In this document: piece by piece, positions 10,201-19,772 of the stretch
Numbering within the stretch: the stretch's first letter is position 1
How the letters are laid out: each line of letters starts with the position of its first letter
DNA from: Planctomycetota bacterium
Lineage (GTDB): Bacteria > Planctomycetota > UBA1135 > UBA2386
Direction of reading: 5' to 3'
Assembly: GCA_014192625.1 (NCBI GenBank)
Contig: BJHM01000008.1
Location: 66,944-130,943 of the forward strand
Length of the DNA stretch: 64,000 nucleotides
Program-made: the position numbers and the translations under genes
The notes under the pieces: model-generated
Database searches by the model: none
What the model was told of the DNA's origin: nothing
What the model saw: only the letters and a program-made list of their open reading frames with translations

Positions 10201-10882
10201 CGACATGCACAAGGAAGGTGCTGCGTTCCGGAGCCTGATGAACTGCTTTGCGATCGCCATTTCGCTCGGCCTGCAACACGGCGTGCCGCTCGAAGAGTTC
10301 ACGGATGCATTCGTGTTCACCCGGTTTGAGCCAAACGGCATCGTGCAGGGCCACGACCAAATCAAGATGGTCACCTCGGTGATCGACTACGTGTTCCGCG
10401 AACTTGCGGTGAGCTACCTGGGGCGCAACGACCTTTGCCAGGTGCAGAGCGAAGACCTGCGCAACACCACGACGGGCCAGAAGAGCCCGGAATACACCGA
10501 AGAGGAAGTGATCTCCGAGCAGGTGTTTGAAGGTAAGTCCCCGCCCGCCGACGTGCACGACGATCGCCACCTGCATCCGACCAGCCACGGGATCGTCCGC
10601 ACCACGGAATCGAGCGCAGACGGCGGTCATGCTCGCGGCGACGGTGTTCGCGGCGATGGTGCTCGCGGCGACAGCCATGCGCAAACCGCATCCTCTGCTA
10701 AGGCAACCGTCGAAAGCACCGGATTGGGCAAGGACAGCCGTCAGACGCGACTGAAAGTCGCCGAGGCTCGTCTGAAGGGCTACGAAGGGGATCCATGCGG
10801 CGGTTGCGGCGCCTTCACCTTGGTGCGCAACGGCACCTGCCTAAAGTGCGTGTCCTGCGGCGCGACCAGCGGCTGTAGCTAA
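7241..10882 (+). CDS. nrdJ: adenosylcobalamin-dependent ribonucleotide reductase, class II
   Basis: 1213 aa from GTG 7241, with GAGGAGGAG 7-15 nt upstream. Contains [21 protein letters not shown] and a C-terminal Cys-rich tail, [22 protein letters not shown]. Length and motif order fit long NrdJ enzymes. Confidence 0.95.
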   Translation: MKIQRRFTSASKSPYEGIPFNKRNSEIKNPNGSLVFEARDIEVPAHWSQVAVDILAQKYFRKAGVPVQEILADGTRKTQLDENSNPVLGGERDARQVFSRLAGCWRTWGEQHGYFDAVTDAQAFEDELSHMLAAQHAAPNSPQWFNTGLHHSYGITGPSQGHWFVDPQTGKLNKSRNAYERPQPHACFIQSVSDDLVNEGGIMDLWTREARLFKYGSGTGTNFSLLRGDNETLSGGGRSSGLMSFLRIGDRAAGAIKSGGTTRRAAKMVCLDLDHPDIEAFVSWKVVEEQKVAALVAGSKHIRQHISTILATCKVTDANGESRIVTAPRENAALLHALTEARNANVPENYLFRALQLAQQGNLNIEMPEFDTDWDGEAYSTVSGQNSNNSVRIPNEFFRAIDESGKWRLIRRTNGTVAKELEATDLWDRIAYAAWACADPGVQYDTTINEWHTCPEDGRINASNPCSEYMFLDDTACNLASINLVKFHNADGSFDIDAFRHATRLWTVVLEISVLMASFPSQAIAKKSYEFRTLGLGFANLGTLLMRSGIPYASPKAYAIAAAISAILCGESYATSAEMSKELGPFPGFEKNRESMLRVMRNHRRAAYCASATEYEGLSITPTGIDAQQCPKDLLESARSAWDRALTLGEQYGYRNAQTTVIAPTGTIGLLMDCDTTGVEPDFALVKFKKLAGGGYFKIVNQSLPSALKKLGYSPAQIDGIVSYVIGRKTLAGAPSINHETLGKKGFDDAALQRVEESLKGAFELAYAFNKHVLGESFLRDRLLLTDAQINDWNFDLLKHLGFLKSDVQAASDYVCGTMTIEGAPQLKDAHLPVFDCANRCGRIGKRYIPFPAHIHMMAAVQPFISGAISKTINMPNDASIDDAKQAYRLGWTSMLKAVALYRDGSKLSQPLGTSMIELDSATPAATVQTQAIAQRITERVVHRYLAKRRRLPNRRAGYTQKAVVGGHKIYLRTGEYEDGTLGEVFLDMHKEGAAFRSLMNCFAIAISLGLQHGVPLEEFTDAFVFTRFEPNGIVQGHDQIKMVTSVIDYVFRELAVSYLGRNDLCQVQSEDLRNTTTGQKSPEYTEEEVISEQVFEGKSPPADVHDDRHLHPTSHGIVRTTESSADGGHARGDGVRGDGARGDSHAQTASSAKATVESTGLGKDSRQTRLKVAEARLKGYEGDPCGGCGAFTLVRNGTCLKCVSCGATSGCS
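10631..10675 (+). repeat. 3 x 15-bp in-frame tandem repeat inside nrdJ (GCTCGCGGCGACGGT / GTTCGCGGCGATGGT / GCTCGCGGCGACAGC)
   Basis: Read directly from the sequence. Encodes [15 protein letters not shown] in the linker before the C-terminal Cys-rich domain. Confidence 0.9.
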
Positions 10883-10890
10883 GCAAGCCG

Positions 10891-10913
10891 CCGGTTTGCG
10901 CGCCGGTTTTTTT
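10891..10913 (+). terminator. possible weak intrinsic terminator after nrdJ
   Basis: CCGG(10891-94)/CCGG(10903-06) short stem with an 8-nt GC-rich loop, followed directly by T7 (10907-10913), 9 nt after the stop. The stem is only 4 bp plus one G-U pair. Confidence 0.25.
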
Positions 10914-10991
10914 GCGTTCCTGTCCACCCATTTTGTGGCGGACATGTTTTGCTTAGTGCGGCAAACGCAACCCGCAAAGCGCAGCTTGCCA

Positions 10992-11018
10992 TGGCAGGTT
11001 ACCAGTGGCAGGTTCACC
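10992..11018. promoter_or_regulatory. direct repeat TGGCAGGTTACC / TGGCAGGTTCACC (period 14 nt)
   Basis: Two near-identical copies at 10992-11003 and 11006-11018, about 240 nt upstream of the 11258 operon. Candidate regulator-binding site; function unproven. Confidence 0.25.
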
Positions 11019-11257
11019 GGACATGTCGAGGGATTCTGCTCGCTGCTCCCTGACAGTCATGCGCGGCACCACTGTGCGTAGCTGTCAGCGAAAAAACTGC
11101 GGCACAAAGCGACAGTCCTAACCAAAAGTGCGGACAACTTCAGCGGTCGACAGCGCAGCTTCGATGGCATCGACAAAAGCCAGACACCCGGGAAGAGACT
11201 TCACTGCTGTCATGATTGCAGTCGAACATGCGATTGCACCTGGGAGAAGCAACTGGC

Positions 11258-14236
11258 ATGTCGATTTATCATATAAGCGCCACATTGGCGTTGGTCATTA
11301 TCACCGCATGCGGCGGCAGCGGCAGTGGCGTAAATAGCACCACCAACGGCAACGCAACGATTGGCGGACTAACACTGTTGTCGCACACCCCAGCCGACCT
11401 GGAAATGCAGGTTGATGTGCATGCTGCGATCCAACTCATTTTTGACAAAGGGGTAGTCATCGAGAGCTTGCGCGATCAAGACACCCATCTCAGAACGGAA
11501 GACAGCGAGACCAATATTGAAGGCACGCTGAGGCTCGCCGAAAATGACCGCGCTGTCAGTTTCACACCGGTTGCGCCGTTGGCACTAGAGGCCAATTACG
11601 TGTTTCAACTTTCGGCGCTCACCTGCGACGCAGAAGGTCATTTGCTTGACACGCAATATCAATTCTCGTTCCGCACGCTCGACAACACTGCGCCAACGAT
11701 TCAAAGCTCCAATCTCACAGGCCAACAGAACCGGAGTCGCTCGACGGCGATACAGGTCACTTTTTCAGAGCCACTCGATATCGCCAGCCTGACCGCCAAC
11801 ACAGTCCAACTGATCGACACGTTTGGTCAGACCTACAACTGCCGACGTGAAATAGCGGCTAACACAATCTCGATCACACCGCAAGCAGAGCTACCTGGCG
11901 ACCGGAATTTCACGCTGACACTTGGCACCGGATTGAGAGACCTTGCCGGCAACACGCTAGCAGTGGCTTTTACGAGCAGCTTCCGAACTGATTCGGACTT
12001 CACCTCGCCTTCCGTCTTCGGCGCTTGGCCCGCAGTTGGCGCGTTGCATATCTCACCCAGCGTCGAGCCGGTGATCGAGTTCAGCGAATCCATGGACCCT
12101 GCCACCGTTGAGCCAGCCTCGGTGTTTTTCCATGACGAGTTCGGCAGCCAGGTGGCGTTCACCGTGATCGCGAACGAGAACCAGCACACTCTGCGCCTAA
12201 AGCCGTTGCAGAACCTGAGCGCCAACCGATCCTTCGAGATCACATTTTTGACGGGCATAGCGGCGGTCACCGACGTAAGCGGCAATCCACTTACTGCGAC
12301 TCAAGCGCTGTCTTTTAGCACTGGCACCGACACGACCACCCCCTGGATCGTGCAAGCACTACCCAGCAGCAACGAAAATCGCGTCAGCATCAACGTGGTG
12401 CCCCTCATCACCTTCAACGAAGCGCTCGATACGGAATGGATCGACGGTGACACGGTAGCGCTCTTCTGTGGCAACGAGCGCACTGCTGCCGTGGTCCAAC
12501 AACTGGCCAGCAACACGATCCGGCTGACGCCATTACTGAGACTTTTGCCATACAAAAGCTATCAGGTGGTGCTTTCCGGCGGCCACCAAGGCATCCGCGA
12601 TCTCGCCGGCAATGTCTTGCCGGAGGATCTAGCTTTTCCATTCGCGACCGCGAATGACAACTCGCTACCGAGCGCCATGCTGCAGCCCTACAACGGCTCC
12701 GCTGGCGTGCCCTCAACCATCCACGCGAGCATCGTCTTTGACTCGAGGATTGATCCCTCAACGGTGTCTGCAGCCACGTGCGAGTTGCGAATGGACAACG
12801 GCGTCCCAGTGGTCGCCACTGTTGCCCTCGACACTTCAAACCGCGTTATTGGCATCACACCAGCGAGTGCTTTGGTGCCTGGCTACTACTACCGCACCTT
12901 CGTGCGTGGCGGTCCACTCGGCGTGCGCGAATCATCCGGCAACTGGCTGGCGAACGATCTCAATGCGCGATTTAGGGTCGGTGCTGGAATCGACAACACG
13001 CCACCAACCGTAAACGTGCAGATCAATCGCATCGCACAGTCGCGCAGTACGGGACTGATAGTGCCAACCAGTGGATTCACGATCGACGTGACGGCATCCG
13101 ATGCCGAACAGTCGCTCGACATGGGCTCGACCAGGATTCGGTTCACTGGCAGCGGGACTGCACCATTCGCCGCAGAGCTGCTTGCCAATGCGGCAATCGG
13201 CTACAACAGCGTGCATCTAACAGTGCCACTCGAGTCGGCAATCACACGAGGCGCGTGGTCTGTGAGTGTCGAAGTAGCAGACCTATCCGGAAATCGCGGC
13301 ACGTCCCAGAGCCTGCAACTGCAGGTCGACGAACCTTCGAGCGAAGCGCTGCCATTTGAGACGACCCAGGTCGTCTGGGTTCGCACCGATCTAGATCGCG
13401 ACGGCAACGGCCGCAGCGATTTTGACGATGACCTCTATCGCATGGGCCTTGCTACCGAAGGTGACAATGCCGGCACCAACTCGCAGGTGCAGAAACTCAT
13501 GCGCGATGCGATTGTCACACGCGCCAGCAATCTATTTGGTCGCGCCGCTGATGGCGAACCGCTGGGCCCGGACTCGATCCAAGTTCGCATTACAACGCGC
13601 GCACCAGGAGCCATCAGACACATGGAGATCGCGCTCGGCGGATACGACCCGGAAGGCAATCGAAATCGTGTCTATGGCGCTACCTCGACAGGCATTCTCG
13701 GTCGCGCTTACTTCGACTACCGCAACGCGAACATGAATGACCGCAACCTGGCGACATCCCCAGGGCTCGGCGTGTTTCCTGGCGAAATGTGGCTCTATCA
13801 AGCCAAATTGCATCAGCAGCTTTATCCGTCGTTCCTAACGATGTTCGCACAACGATTCCTGCCGCTATGCCCAGCCATGGGCGGCACGCCAGCAGGATCG
13901 CACCCAGCAGACCCAGTAGTTCTGCGAGCCTCGTTCCAACCAAGCACTGCCAATAGCGAACAACTAGCGCGCTTTAACGTGTTGATGCAGGCGATCGATG
14001 ACTGGGCGATGGTAAATGGCACCGTGTTGGCACACGAAATCGGCCACAGCCTAGGACTCGTAGCTCCAGGCCCCGCACCCAACGGCCTGTTCGGAGACTC
14101 GAGTCTGCACGACGACAACGCTGGCGCAACAGAAGTCATGGCGGCATCCGTCGGCTACGAATCCATGGTGACATTGAGTTACGCATTCCGTGACATCGAG
14201 CTTGCCTATCTGCGGCAGAGGTTGATTCTTCGATGA
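11258..14236 (+). CDS. large lipoprotein with repeated Ig-like (SbsA/Big_5-type) domains and a C-terminal HExxH zinc-metalloprotease-like module
   Basis: ATG 11258 gives MSIYHISATLALVIITACGG (signal peptide plus lipobox). At least five ~100-aa repeats have similar cores: IQLIFDKGV, IQVTFSEPLDIASLT, IEFSESMDPATVE, ITFNEALDTEW, IVFDSRIDPSTVS. HEIGHSLGL lies near the C-terminus. Confidence 0.7.
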   Translation: MSIYHISATLALVIITACGGSGSGVNSTTNGNATIGGLTLLSHTPADLEMQVDVHAAIQLIFDKGVVIESLRDQDTHLRTEDSETNIEGTLRLAENDRAVSFTPVAPLALEANYVFQLSALTCDAEGHLLDTQYQFSFRTLDNTAPTIQSSNLTGQQNRSRSTAIQVTFSEPLDIASLTANTVQLIDTFGQTYNCRREIAANTISITPQAELPGDRNFTLTLGTGLRDLAGNTLAVAFTSSFRTDSDFTSPSVFGAWPAVGALHISPSVEPVIEFSESMDPATVEPASVFFHDEFGSQVAFTVIANENQHTLRLKPLQNLSANRSFEITFLTGIAAVTDVSGNPLTATQALSFSTGTDTTTPWIVQALPSSNENRVSINVVPLITFNEALDTEWIDGDTVALFCGNERTAAVVQQLASNTIRLTPLLRLLPYKSYQVVLSGGHQGIRDLAGNVLPEDLAFPFATANDNSLPSAMLQPYNGSAGVPSTIHASIVFDSRIDPSTVSAATCELRMDNGVPVVATVALDTSNRVIGITPASALVPGYYYRTFVRGGPLGVRESSGNWLANDLNARFRVGAGIDNTPPTVNVQINRIAQSRSTGLIVPTSGFTIDVTASDAEQSLDMGSTRIRFTGSGTAPFAAELLANAAIGYNSVHLTVPLESAITRGAWSVSVEVADLSGNRGTSQSLQLQVDEPSSEALPFETTQVVWVRTDLDRDGNGRSDFDDDLYRMGLATEGDNAGTNSQVQKLMRDAIVTRASNLFGRAADGEPLGPDSIQVRITTRAPGAIRHMEIALGGYDPEGNRNRVYGATSTGILGRAYFDYRNANMNDRNLATSPGLGVFPGEMWLYQAKLHQQLYPSFLTMFAQRFLPLCPAMGGTPAGSHPADPVVLRASFQPSTANSEQLARFNVLMQAIDDWAMVNGTVLAHEIGHSLGLVAPGPAPNGLFGDSSLHDDNAGATEVMAASVGYESMVTLSYAFRDIELAYLRQRLILR

Positions 14237-15222
14237 AAATATTGCTCGCTAGTTTTTTGCTTTCTGCAGCATCGGCACTGCCCGCTCAGCAGCAGGCCAC
14301 AACACTTTTCACGCTGGCAAAGAGCGCTGACGTGGTTGTCATCGCCACAGCTAACGCGGCGTCTGATCCAAGCGTTGATTTCCATCGCATAGAATTTCAC
14401 ACAGACCAGGTATTGAAAGGCTCGGCAGGTGAAAGCTTCGCGATCTTGGAGCAAGCAGGCCGATGCTGTGGACGCGCTTTGTCAGCAATGACGATCGGCG
14501 ACCAGGTGATCGCATTCCTCGACTATCGCGGCCCTGGTTTGCATCCACTTGGCGGTAGCCGAGGAATCTCACTAGCAACGCCCGAGATAGTTGCGCACGT
14601 CCGCCAGTTGCTCGCTGCACAGAACCAGAAGTCGTATGGGGAAATACTCGCCAGCGGACTAAGCAACCCGGATCAAAGAGTCCGGATCGATGCGGCCCTT
14701 GCACTTGCGGCACTGCCGTCAACAAGACTGGGTGCGACTGCAAATCAGCAAATCTTGTCAGCGCTACAGAACGAACTACAGGCGGCCTCTGCCAGCTTGC
14801 CGGCAATGATCGATGCCTCGGTTCGCTTTCTCGGCGATGCCGCGGCAACCACTCTCGTGCAATCCCTGCTGACGACAGACGATGACAACGTCTCGAACCT
14901 GATGACACGCGGCCTTGCCAGGTTGTCGGGAGACAGTGTGCACCAGAGCCTCATGGTTGCAGCGTTGCCAAACCCACTGGCGCAACAACGAGCCTGCGAA
15001 CTTGCCGCCTGCATCCCAAATGCACTGAGCTTGCCGATGCTGCGCATCCTGCTCACCCAATCGCCAAGGGTCGCCCTTGCAGCGAGCGAAGCACTGCTAG
15101 CCAACGGCGTAAGCGCAGAATCAATCGCACCATTGACAGACTCAGAAGTTCTGAAGGTCGCCATCGAGAGACATTCGCAGTTGCCTAAGCTGCGCGTAGT
15201 TGGCAAAGGAAACCGCCAGTGA
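14233..15222 (+). CDS. secreted HEAT-like repeat protein
   Basis: Signal peptide MKILLASFLLSAASALPAQQ. HEAT-like helices (PDQRVRIDAALALAALP, SPRVALAASEALLANG). ATGA overlap with the upstream stop at 14233-14236. Confidence 0.6.
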   Translation: MKILLASFLLSAASALPAQQQATTLFTLAKSADVVVIATANAASDPSVDFHRIEFHTDQVLKGSAGESFAILEQAGRCCGRALSAMTIGDQVIAFLDYRGPGLHPLGGSRGISLATPEIVAHVRQLLAAQNQKSYGEILASGLSNPDQRVRIDAALALAALPSTRLGATANQQILSALQNELQAASASLPAMIDASVRFLGDAAATTLVQSLLTTDDDNVSNLMTRGLARLSGDSVHQSLMVAALPNPLAQQRACELAACIPNALSLPMLRILLTQSPRVALAASEALLANGVSAESIAPLTDSEVLKVAIERHSQLPKLRVVGKGNRQ

Positions 15223-17312
15223 AAAACTTGGCTCAGAATTTGCCTGAACAGCTTTTTACACCACTGCAAACGGCGAAAAACCAGCCACCTGCAATCAACG
15301 ACCAACGGCGGCTGTTGCCCCTGGTAAAAAGCCGGGCCGCTGCAACCGCATTACTAAAACTTGGCATCACCACAGTTGGCCAGTTTCTTGCGACACCCTA
15401 CGAACGAGTAAGTGGCACCAGAGGATTACGGCTTCGAACCTGGCAAAAAATCGCAGACACGATCACTGCCGGTTCGCACAACCGATCCGTCGCTGGCGAC
15501 CTGCTGCCGGACAGTTTGCGCGGCATGCTTCTGCAACAATTGCAGCTACCACCAGAGCTGTTGGTGTTGCTCGAATCGCTTGGTTGCAAGTCTTTTGGTC
15601 AGGCGATGGGATTAGCCGCAAGCACCTGGAAATCCGGCGGACAGCTTGGCCCATTTGCAGCAGAAGAATTGCGCACGGCACTCGACAAAACCCTCGCGCC
15701 TGTTCTGCATGGCGACACGGCGGCGCAAATCACCAGTGAGCTCGATTGGTCAACCATCTGCGGGCGCTTGCTAGGCCCTCTCGATGAAGATGACCGCGAC
15801 CTGTTCTGCAAACGCACGGGATTTAGGACTGCCATCCGGAGTTCCAGAGAGCAGGCACAATCATCCGGCCACTCGTTGACAGAAGTGTTATTGCAAGAAG
15901 TGAAGATTCGCAGCCAACTAAAACTGCGCGCTCCTTCCATGCTTGCCAAGCTCGCAAGTGAAGCAAGGCAGGAGCTTTCTAGGCATGTTGGAGTTTTGCG
16001 CAACGATCGACTGGCTGCCGGATCTTCTTTGCACACCATCGCAGAAGCGAGTGGGGACCGTGAATTGCCGGTGCGGCTTCTCGCGTTTTTGTTCCCTGAA
16101 GAATTCTATGATCACGGTGGCTGCCTATCAGCACTGCCAGTGTCAGCAAGACTTCAATTCATGCGCGAATTGCGCGCAATGACAGCACCTCGGCTGTTGC
16201 CAAGACCGATCACCGAAATTGAAGCCAGCCTGAAGCGACTTGTGGCAGACGTGCCACGGGGACTCCTACTGCATCTGCTGGCTGATCGATTCAGACTGCA
16301 CCTGCACCGCGACGAACTACGAGGCGAAATGGTGCTGCCGCAACAACCTGAAATCGCAGCACGCATCCGTGAAATGCTGACTGATTCAGGTCGCCCGGCA
16401 CAGCTCGCAGACCTGTTGTTGGACTATCGCGAGCGCTTCCATGTTGCGAGTCGTCAGCGAATCCAATCACACCTACGGCGCGATCCATCCTTTCTCGAAA
16501 TCGGCCCGGACATCTGGAGCCTACGAGGCTGGCACGTGGATGAGTTGGCCGCTGCAAAACCGCTAGCCGAATCGGTCATTAACACCATTTGCGAACGCGG
16601 CGGTCGCCACGCAGTGAGCAAAATGGTCGAAGGCGATTATCGTCTCTGCTTCGTGGTCCTCGATCTCGTGCGCAGCGATCCACGCATCCGCAATCTTGGC
16701 CGTGGCGAAGTATGTTCGGCCGGACAAAAGCATTCGCACCTGCTAGCACAACTGCTTCATTCATTCGGCCAAGCACAAGGCGAAGTGGTCTACAGCCGAT
16801 TCATCGCCAACCAAACGCAAGACAATCGCCGCCTTGTCGAGCGCCTCTTGCATGAGAATCGAATGTTCGTATTTCCAGATTTGGACCGAATCGATTTGCT
16901 CTCGAACTACCCGTTCCATGCCCATCGCCTGGAGCGATTGTTAACAGTGGTCGACAACTACCTAAAAGAGCACGACGGCCACGCGTTGCTTAGCGAAGTA
17001 TTGGTTGAGGTGAACCGCTGCGATCTTGGTGGCAGCTGGCTAAATCCAAAGCTGCTCGGCGAGATCCTCCGCCGCCACGGCGATCACGAAGTTCTGCCAG
17101 GCGACTTCATCGCACGCGGCGAATTGGCACTCGGCAGCTGGCTTTTGCGGCGGGCACGCAATGCGCTGCGCGCGGCAAATCTGCCAATCACGGTTGGCGA
17201 AATCCTCGCTGAGCGACCTGAGCTTGCAAAGTATCGTTCATGCCTGCAACTACTCTTGCAGCGTGATCCGCTAGTGCAAACACCAGATGGAATGCACTTT
17301 CAGATCGCCTAA
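15219..17312 (+). CDS. hypothetical 697-aa cytoplasmic protein with helix-hairpin-helix and winged-helix-like repeats
   Basis: GTGA overlap with the upstream stop at 15219-15222, and no signal peptide. LKLGITTVGQFL and LESLGCKSFGQAMGL resemble RpoA-CTD-type HhH. FLEIGPDIWSLRGW resembles a HARE-HTH. The function call is weak. Confidence 0.55.
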   Translation: MKNLAQNLPEQLFTPLQTAKNQPPAINDQRRLLPLVKSRAAATALLKLGITTVGQFLATPYERVSGTRGLRLRTWQKIADTITAGSHNRSVAGDLLPDSLRGMLLQQLQLPPELLVLLESLGCKSFGQAMGLAASTWKSGGQLGPFAAEELRTALDKTLAPVLHGDTAAQITSELDWSTICGRLLGPLDEDDRDLFCKRTGFRTAIRSSREQAQSSGHSLTEVLLQEVKIRSQLKLRAPSMLAKLASEARQELSRHVGVLRNDRLAAGSSLHTIAEASGDRELPVRLLAFLFPEEFYDHGGCLSALPVSARLQFMRELRAMTAPRLLPRPITEIEASLKRLVADVPRGLLLHLLADRFRLHLHRDELRGEMVLPQQPEIAARIREMLTDSGRPAQLADLLLDYRERFHVASRQRIQSHLRRDPSFLEIGPDIWSLRGWHVDELAAAKPLAESVINTICERGGRHAVSKMVEGDYRLCFVVLDLVRSDPRIRNLGRGEVCSAGQKHSHLLAQLLHSFGQAQGEVVYSRFIANQTQDNRRLVERLLHENRMFVFPDLDRIDLLSNYPFHAHRLERLLTVVDNYLKEHDGHALLSEVLVEVNRCDLGGSWLNPKLLGEILRRHGDHEVLPGDFIARGELALGSWLLRRARNALRAANLPITVGEILAERPELAKYRSCLQLLLQRDPLVQTPDGMHFQIA

Positions 17313-17322
17313 ACGAAACGGT

Positions 17323-18222
17323 TCAAGCTGCTGGTGCGCCATCGCACAAAAGCAAATAGTCGATAATCCAAACTGCCGGCAGTGCGGCCAAAGAACCGGC
17401 AAGCACATCAGCAGTCCAGTGATACCGCAGCAGAATGGTTGCCGCGATCAGGGGAACGGTGACCACAATCATTAACAGGGTAAACGCCCTTGCCCATCGA
17501 TAGACGAGGATCGTGCTGACCAAAGCGAGCATCGTGTGCCCCGAAGGAAAACAGTCCCATGGGTTCGCTTCTGAGTTTTCAATCGCCTGATGCAGCAGCG
17601 CCGGAAAGCCGCGGCCATAAGCCTCAGGGGGCAGTTTATAAACTTGATTGGGTCCAAGCGTCGGGACCAGCAGGTAACCGAGGTAGCTGATCAAAAAGCA
17701 ACCGACGACAATCGTGAGCGACCGGTCAAAAGCAGCAACACTGCCGCGCCTAGCAACGATCAATGCTGCGGCTACCGGCAGCACATAAAACGCGGCATAC
17801 AGGCATTGCAGGAGGAGCAGCGAAAGCGGCGACAAACTCAGAAGACCTCGTTGCGATAAGTCCTCGCCAAACCAGCGCAACTCCAGGCCCAAGAAAAACC
17901 ATTCAAAGGGTTCTGGATGCACCGCCGGCAGGAGCCAGGCAAGCGATGAAAACGTGATGGGACAGGCAATGCAGGCAAAGCAGCCGCGCAATAGCCGCAT
18001 TCGCAACGGCGGCCATCGGCAGGCAAGCAAAACGATCACGCCTTGCATGCCTGCAATGCCGAGATGGAGTGCGATGAACAACCACGGCTGATGGCCCCTG
18101 GTATCACCACCATCGGCGATCAGAGCTACCGCGATCATCGCCGCGCAATAGCCAAGCCAGATCCGTTCCAACGTCAGCACGGCTTGATTGAACCTTCCGC
18201 TTGCAAAACCCGCCAGCGCCAA
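17323..18222 (-). CDS. PAP2-superfamily integral membrane phosphatase/phosphotransferase-like protein
   Basis: Multi-pass hydrophobic protein with CFPSGHTMLAL and RYHWTADVLAG, corresponding to the PSGH and SRxxxxxHxxxD-type PAP2 motifs. TTG start from the ORF track, 19 nt after the spoVR-like stop. Confidence 0.6.
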   Translation of the reverse strand: MALAGFASGRFNQAVLTLERIWLGYCAAMIAVALIADGGDTRGHQPWLFIALHLGIAGMQGVIVLLACRWPPLRMRLLRGCFACIACPITFSSLAWLLPAVHPEPFEWFFLGLELRWFGEDLSQRGLLSLSPLSLLLLQCLYAAFYVLPVAAALIVARRGSVAAFDRSLTIVVGCFLISYLGYLLVPTLGPNQVYKLPPEAYGRGFPALLHQAIENSEANPWDCFPSGHTMLALVSTILVYRWARAFTLLMIVVTVPLIAATILLRYHWTADVLAGSLAALPAVWIIDYLLLCDGAPAA

Positions 18223-18241
18223 TGTTATGGCAGCAGTTCAA

Positions 18242-19768
18242 TCAACTCGGCAAGGTTCCTTGTCCGAGTGCTAATGCCCCGAGGCTACTCGGTGTGATAT
18301 CGGTAGCCGTGGCCTCCTTGCCGTCGTGACTCAATAGCCGCCCTTTGCCGCCATCCTTCGTTTCGATGTGCACCGGCCGTCCCCACAGTCGCTGCAAGTT
18401 ATGCAACGTCAGATGCGCGTGCTCCAACTGCAGATCTGCACCAGCCCAGTCGTGCACCAGATAAAGCTCACCACGGTTACGAAAATTACCATCCACGACA
18501 CGAATGATCGGGTTGCCAAAGTTGGTCAGCGCCGTGAGCAGCTGGTCCTTCACTTTTCGATAGTCGCGATCGACGATTTCCAGTTGGCCGGTCGTCGAGT
18601 TGGTGCCATACACGAACATCTTCTGCGCATTTGCGAACTCAGGCGTCACGAACTCATCAATGAAAGTTACGTCGTTGTAGATCCGCCGCACTTCGAAGAT
18701 CCGCTGCCGACCCTGCATGGTCTTCTGCGACCATTTGCGCCGGACCTCGGGGTCATCACAAGCTTGAAACTCAGGACCAAAACGGCCGTGATCCCAGCGC
18801 TCTTCAATGTCGCGGAATAGTTCGACCCCCATTTTGTAGGGATTGATTTGGCCGGGCCGCGAGGCAAGTGTGCCGCTGTGGGTGTCGCAGTAGTGCACCA
18901 CCTCACTGGCATCGCAAAGATGCCTGGTCATGAGTTTGCTGTGCCAATACACGGCCCAGCCCTCGTTCATAATCTTGGTCATCCCCTGCGGCGCGAAGTA
19001 GTAGGCCTCCTCGCGCAACATCGCGAGAATGTCCTGCTGCCAACTTTGCAGCGGTGCATTATCGAGCAAGAATTTCAGCACGTCGCGCGCTGGCCTCTGC
19101 GGGAAACGAAGCTGTTGCGCCTGTTCCTTCAGCAATCGCTGCTTCTCGCTAGCCAAGAAGGATGGCGGGTTGATGAAGCGATCCATGTAATCCTTGGCCG
19201 CGATCTTTTTGATCACGGTTGGACCGTCCTCGGTCGCCGCTCTGGCCCCATCATCGCGGCGAATGAAAGGCGAATAGGGATCGATCAGGTTGTCGATCGA
19301 ATGCACAACATCGATAAAGTCTTCGACCTGCTCGGCACCGTAGCGATCCATGTATCGCCGGACGTGCGAGCCATGGTTCGCCAGCACGTCCATCATTTTG
19401 CGTGAGGTCTTGCTAAACCACGCGTTGTTCTTGAAGAAGTCACAGTGGCCGTAGACGTGCGCCATCACCAGCTTTTGCTCGGTGACGGAATTGCTGCGCA
19501 TCAGGTACGCATAACAGGGGTCATTGTTGATGACCAGCTCGTAAATCTTCGACAGGCCCCACGCATAGCTCTTGCTGAGTTGCTCATACTCCATGCCAAA
19601 GCGCCAATGCGGATAGCGCGTCGGAAACCCACCATAGCTAGCGACCATGTTGAGCTCATCGTGGTCCACCAGCTCAAAAATCACCTCGTAGCAGTCGAGT
19701 CCGTAACTCCGCGCAAGCTCGCGGGTCTCGTCGCGTAGTTCGCTCAGTTCGGGAGTGAGGTTGCCCAC
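18242..19768 (-). CDS. ycgB: SpoVR/YcgB family protein
   Basis: 508 aa with [19 protein letters not shown] and other SpoVR-like blocks. GTG start 4 nt after the yeaH-like stop. Third gene of the prkA module. Confidence 0.9.
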   Translation of the reverse strand: MGNLTPELSELRDETRELARSYGLDCYEVIFELVDHDELNMVASYGGFPTRYPHWRFGMEYEQLSKSYAWGLSKIYELVINNDPCYAYLMRSNSVTEQKLVMAHVYGHCDFFKNNAWFSKTSRKMMDVLANHGSHVRRYMDRYGAEQVEDFIDVVHSIDNLIDPYSPFIRRDDGARAATEDGPTVIKKIAAKDYMDRFINPPSFLASEKQRLLKEQAQQLRFPQRPARDVLKFLLDNAPLQSWQQDILAMLREEAYYFAPQGMTKIMNEGWAVYWHSKLMTRHLCDASEVVHYCDTHSGTLASRPGQINPYKMGVELFRDIEERWDHGRFGPEFQACDDPEVRRKWSQKTMQGRQRIFEVRRIYNDVTFIDEFVTPEFANAQKMFVYGTNSTTGQLEIVDRDYRKVKDQLLTALTNFGNPIIRVVDGNFRNRGELYLVHDWAGADLQLEHAHLTLHNLQRLWGRPVHIETKDGGKGRLLSHDGKEATATDITPSSLGALALGQGTLPS

Positions 19769-19772
19769 GGCG

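Noticed and set aside
10631-10675. Triple RGD as an integrin-type adhesion motif
   Set aside because: It lies in a cytoplasmic enzyme linker generated by a DNA tandem repeat. There is no signal peptide and no extracellular context.
10992-11018. Sigma-54 (-24/-12) promoter reading of the TGGCAG repeats, including the similar AGTGGCAGG strings at about 42765 and 29794
   Set aside because: TGGCAG is not followed by TTGC at the required 5-nt spacing in any copy. The recurrence of a 9-mer in 64 kb of GC-rich DNA is compatible with chance.
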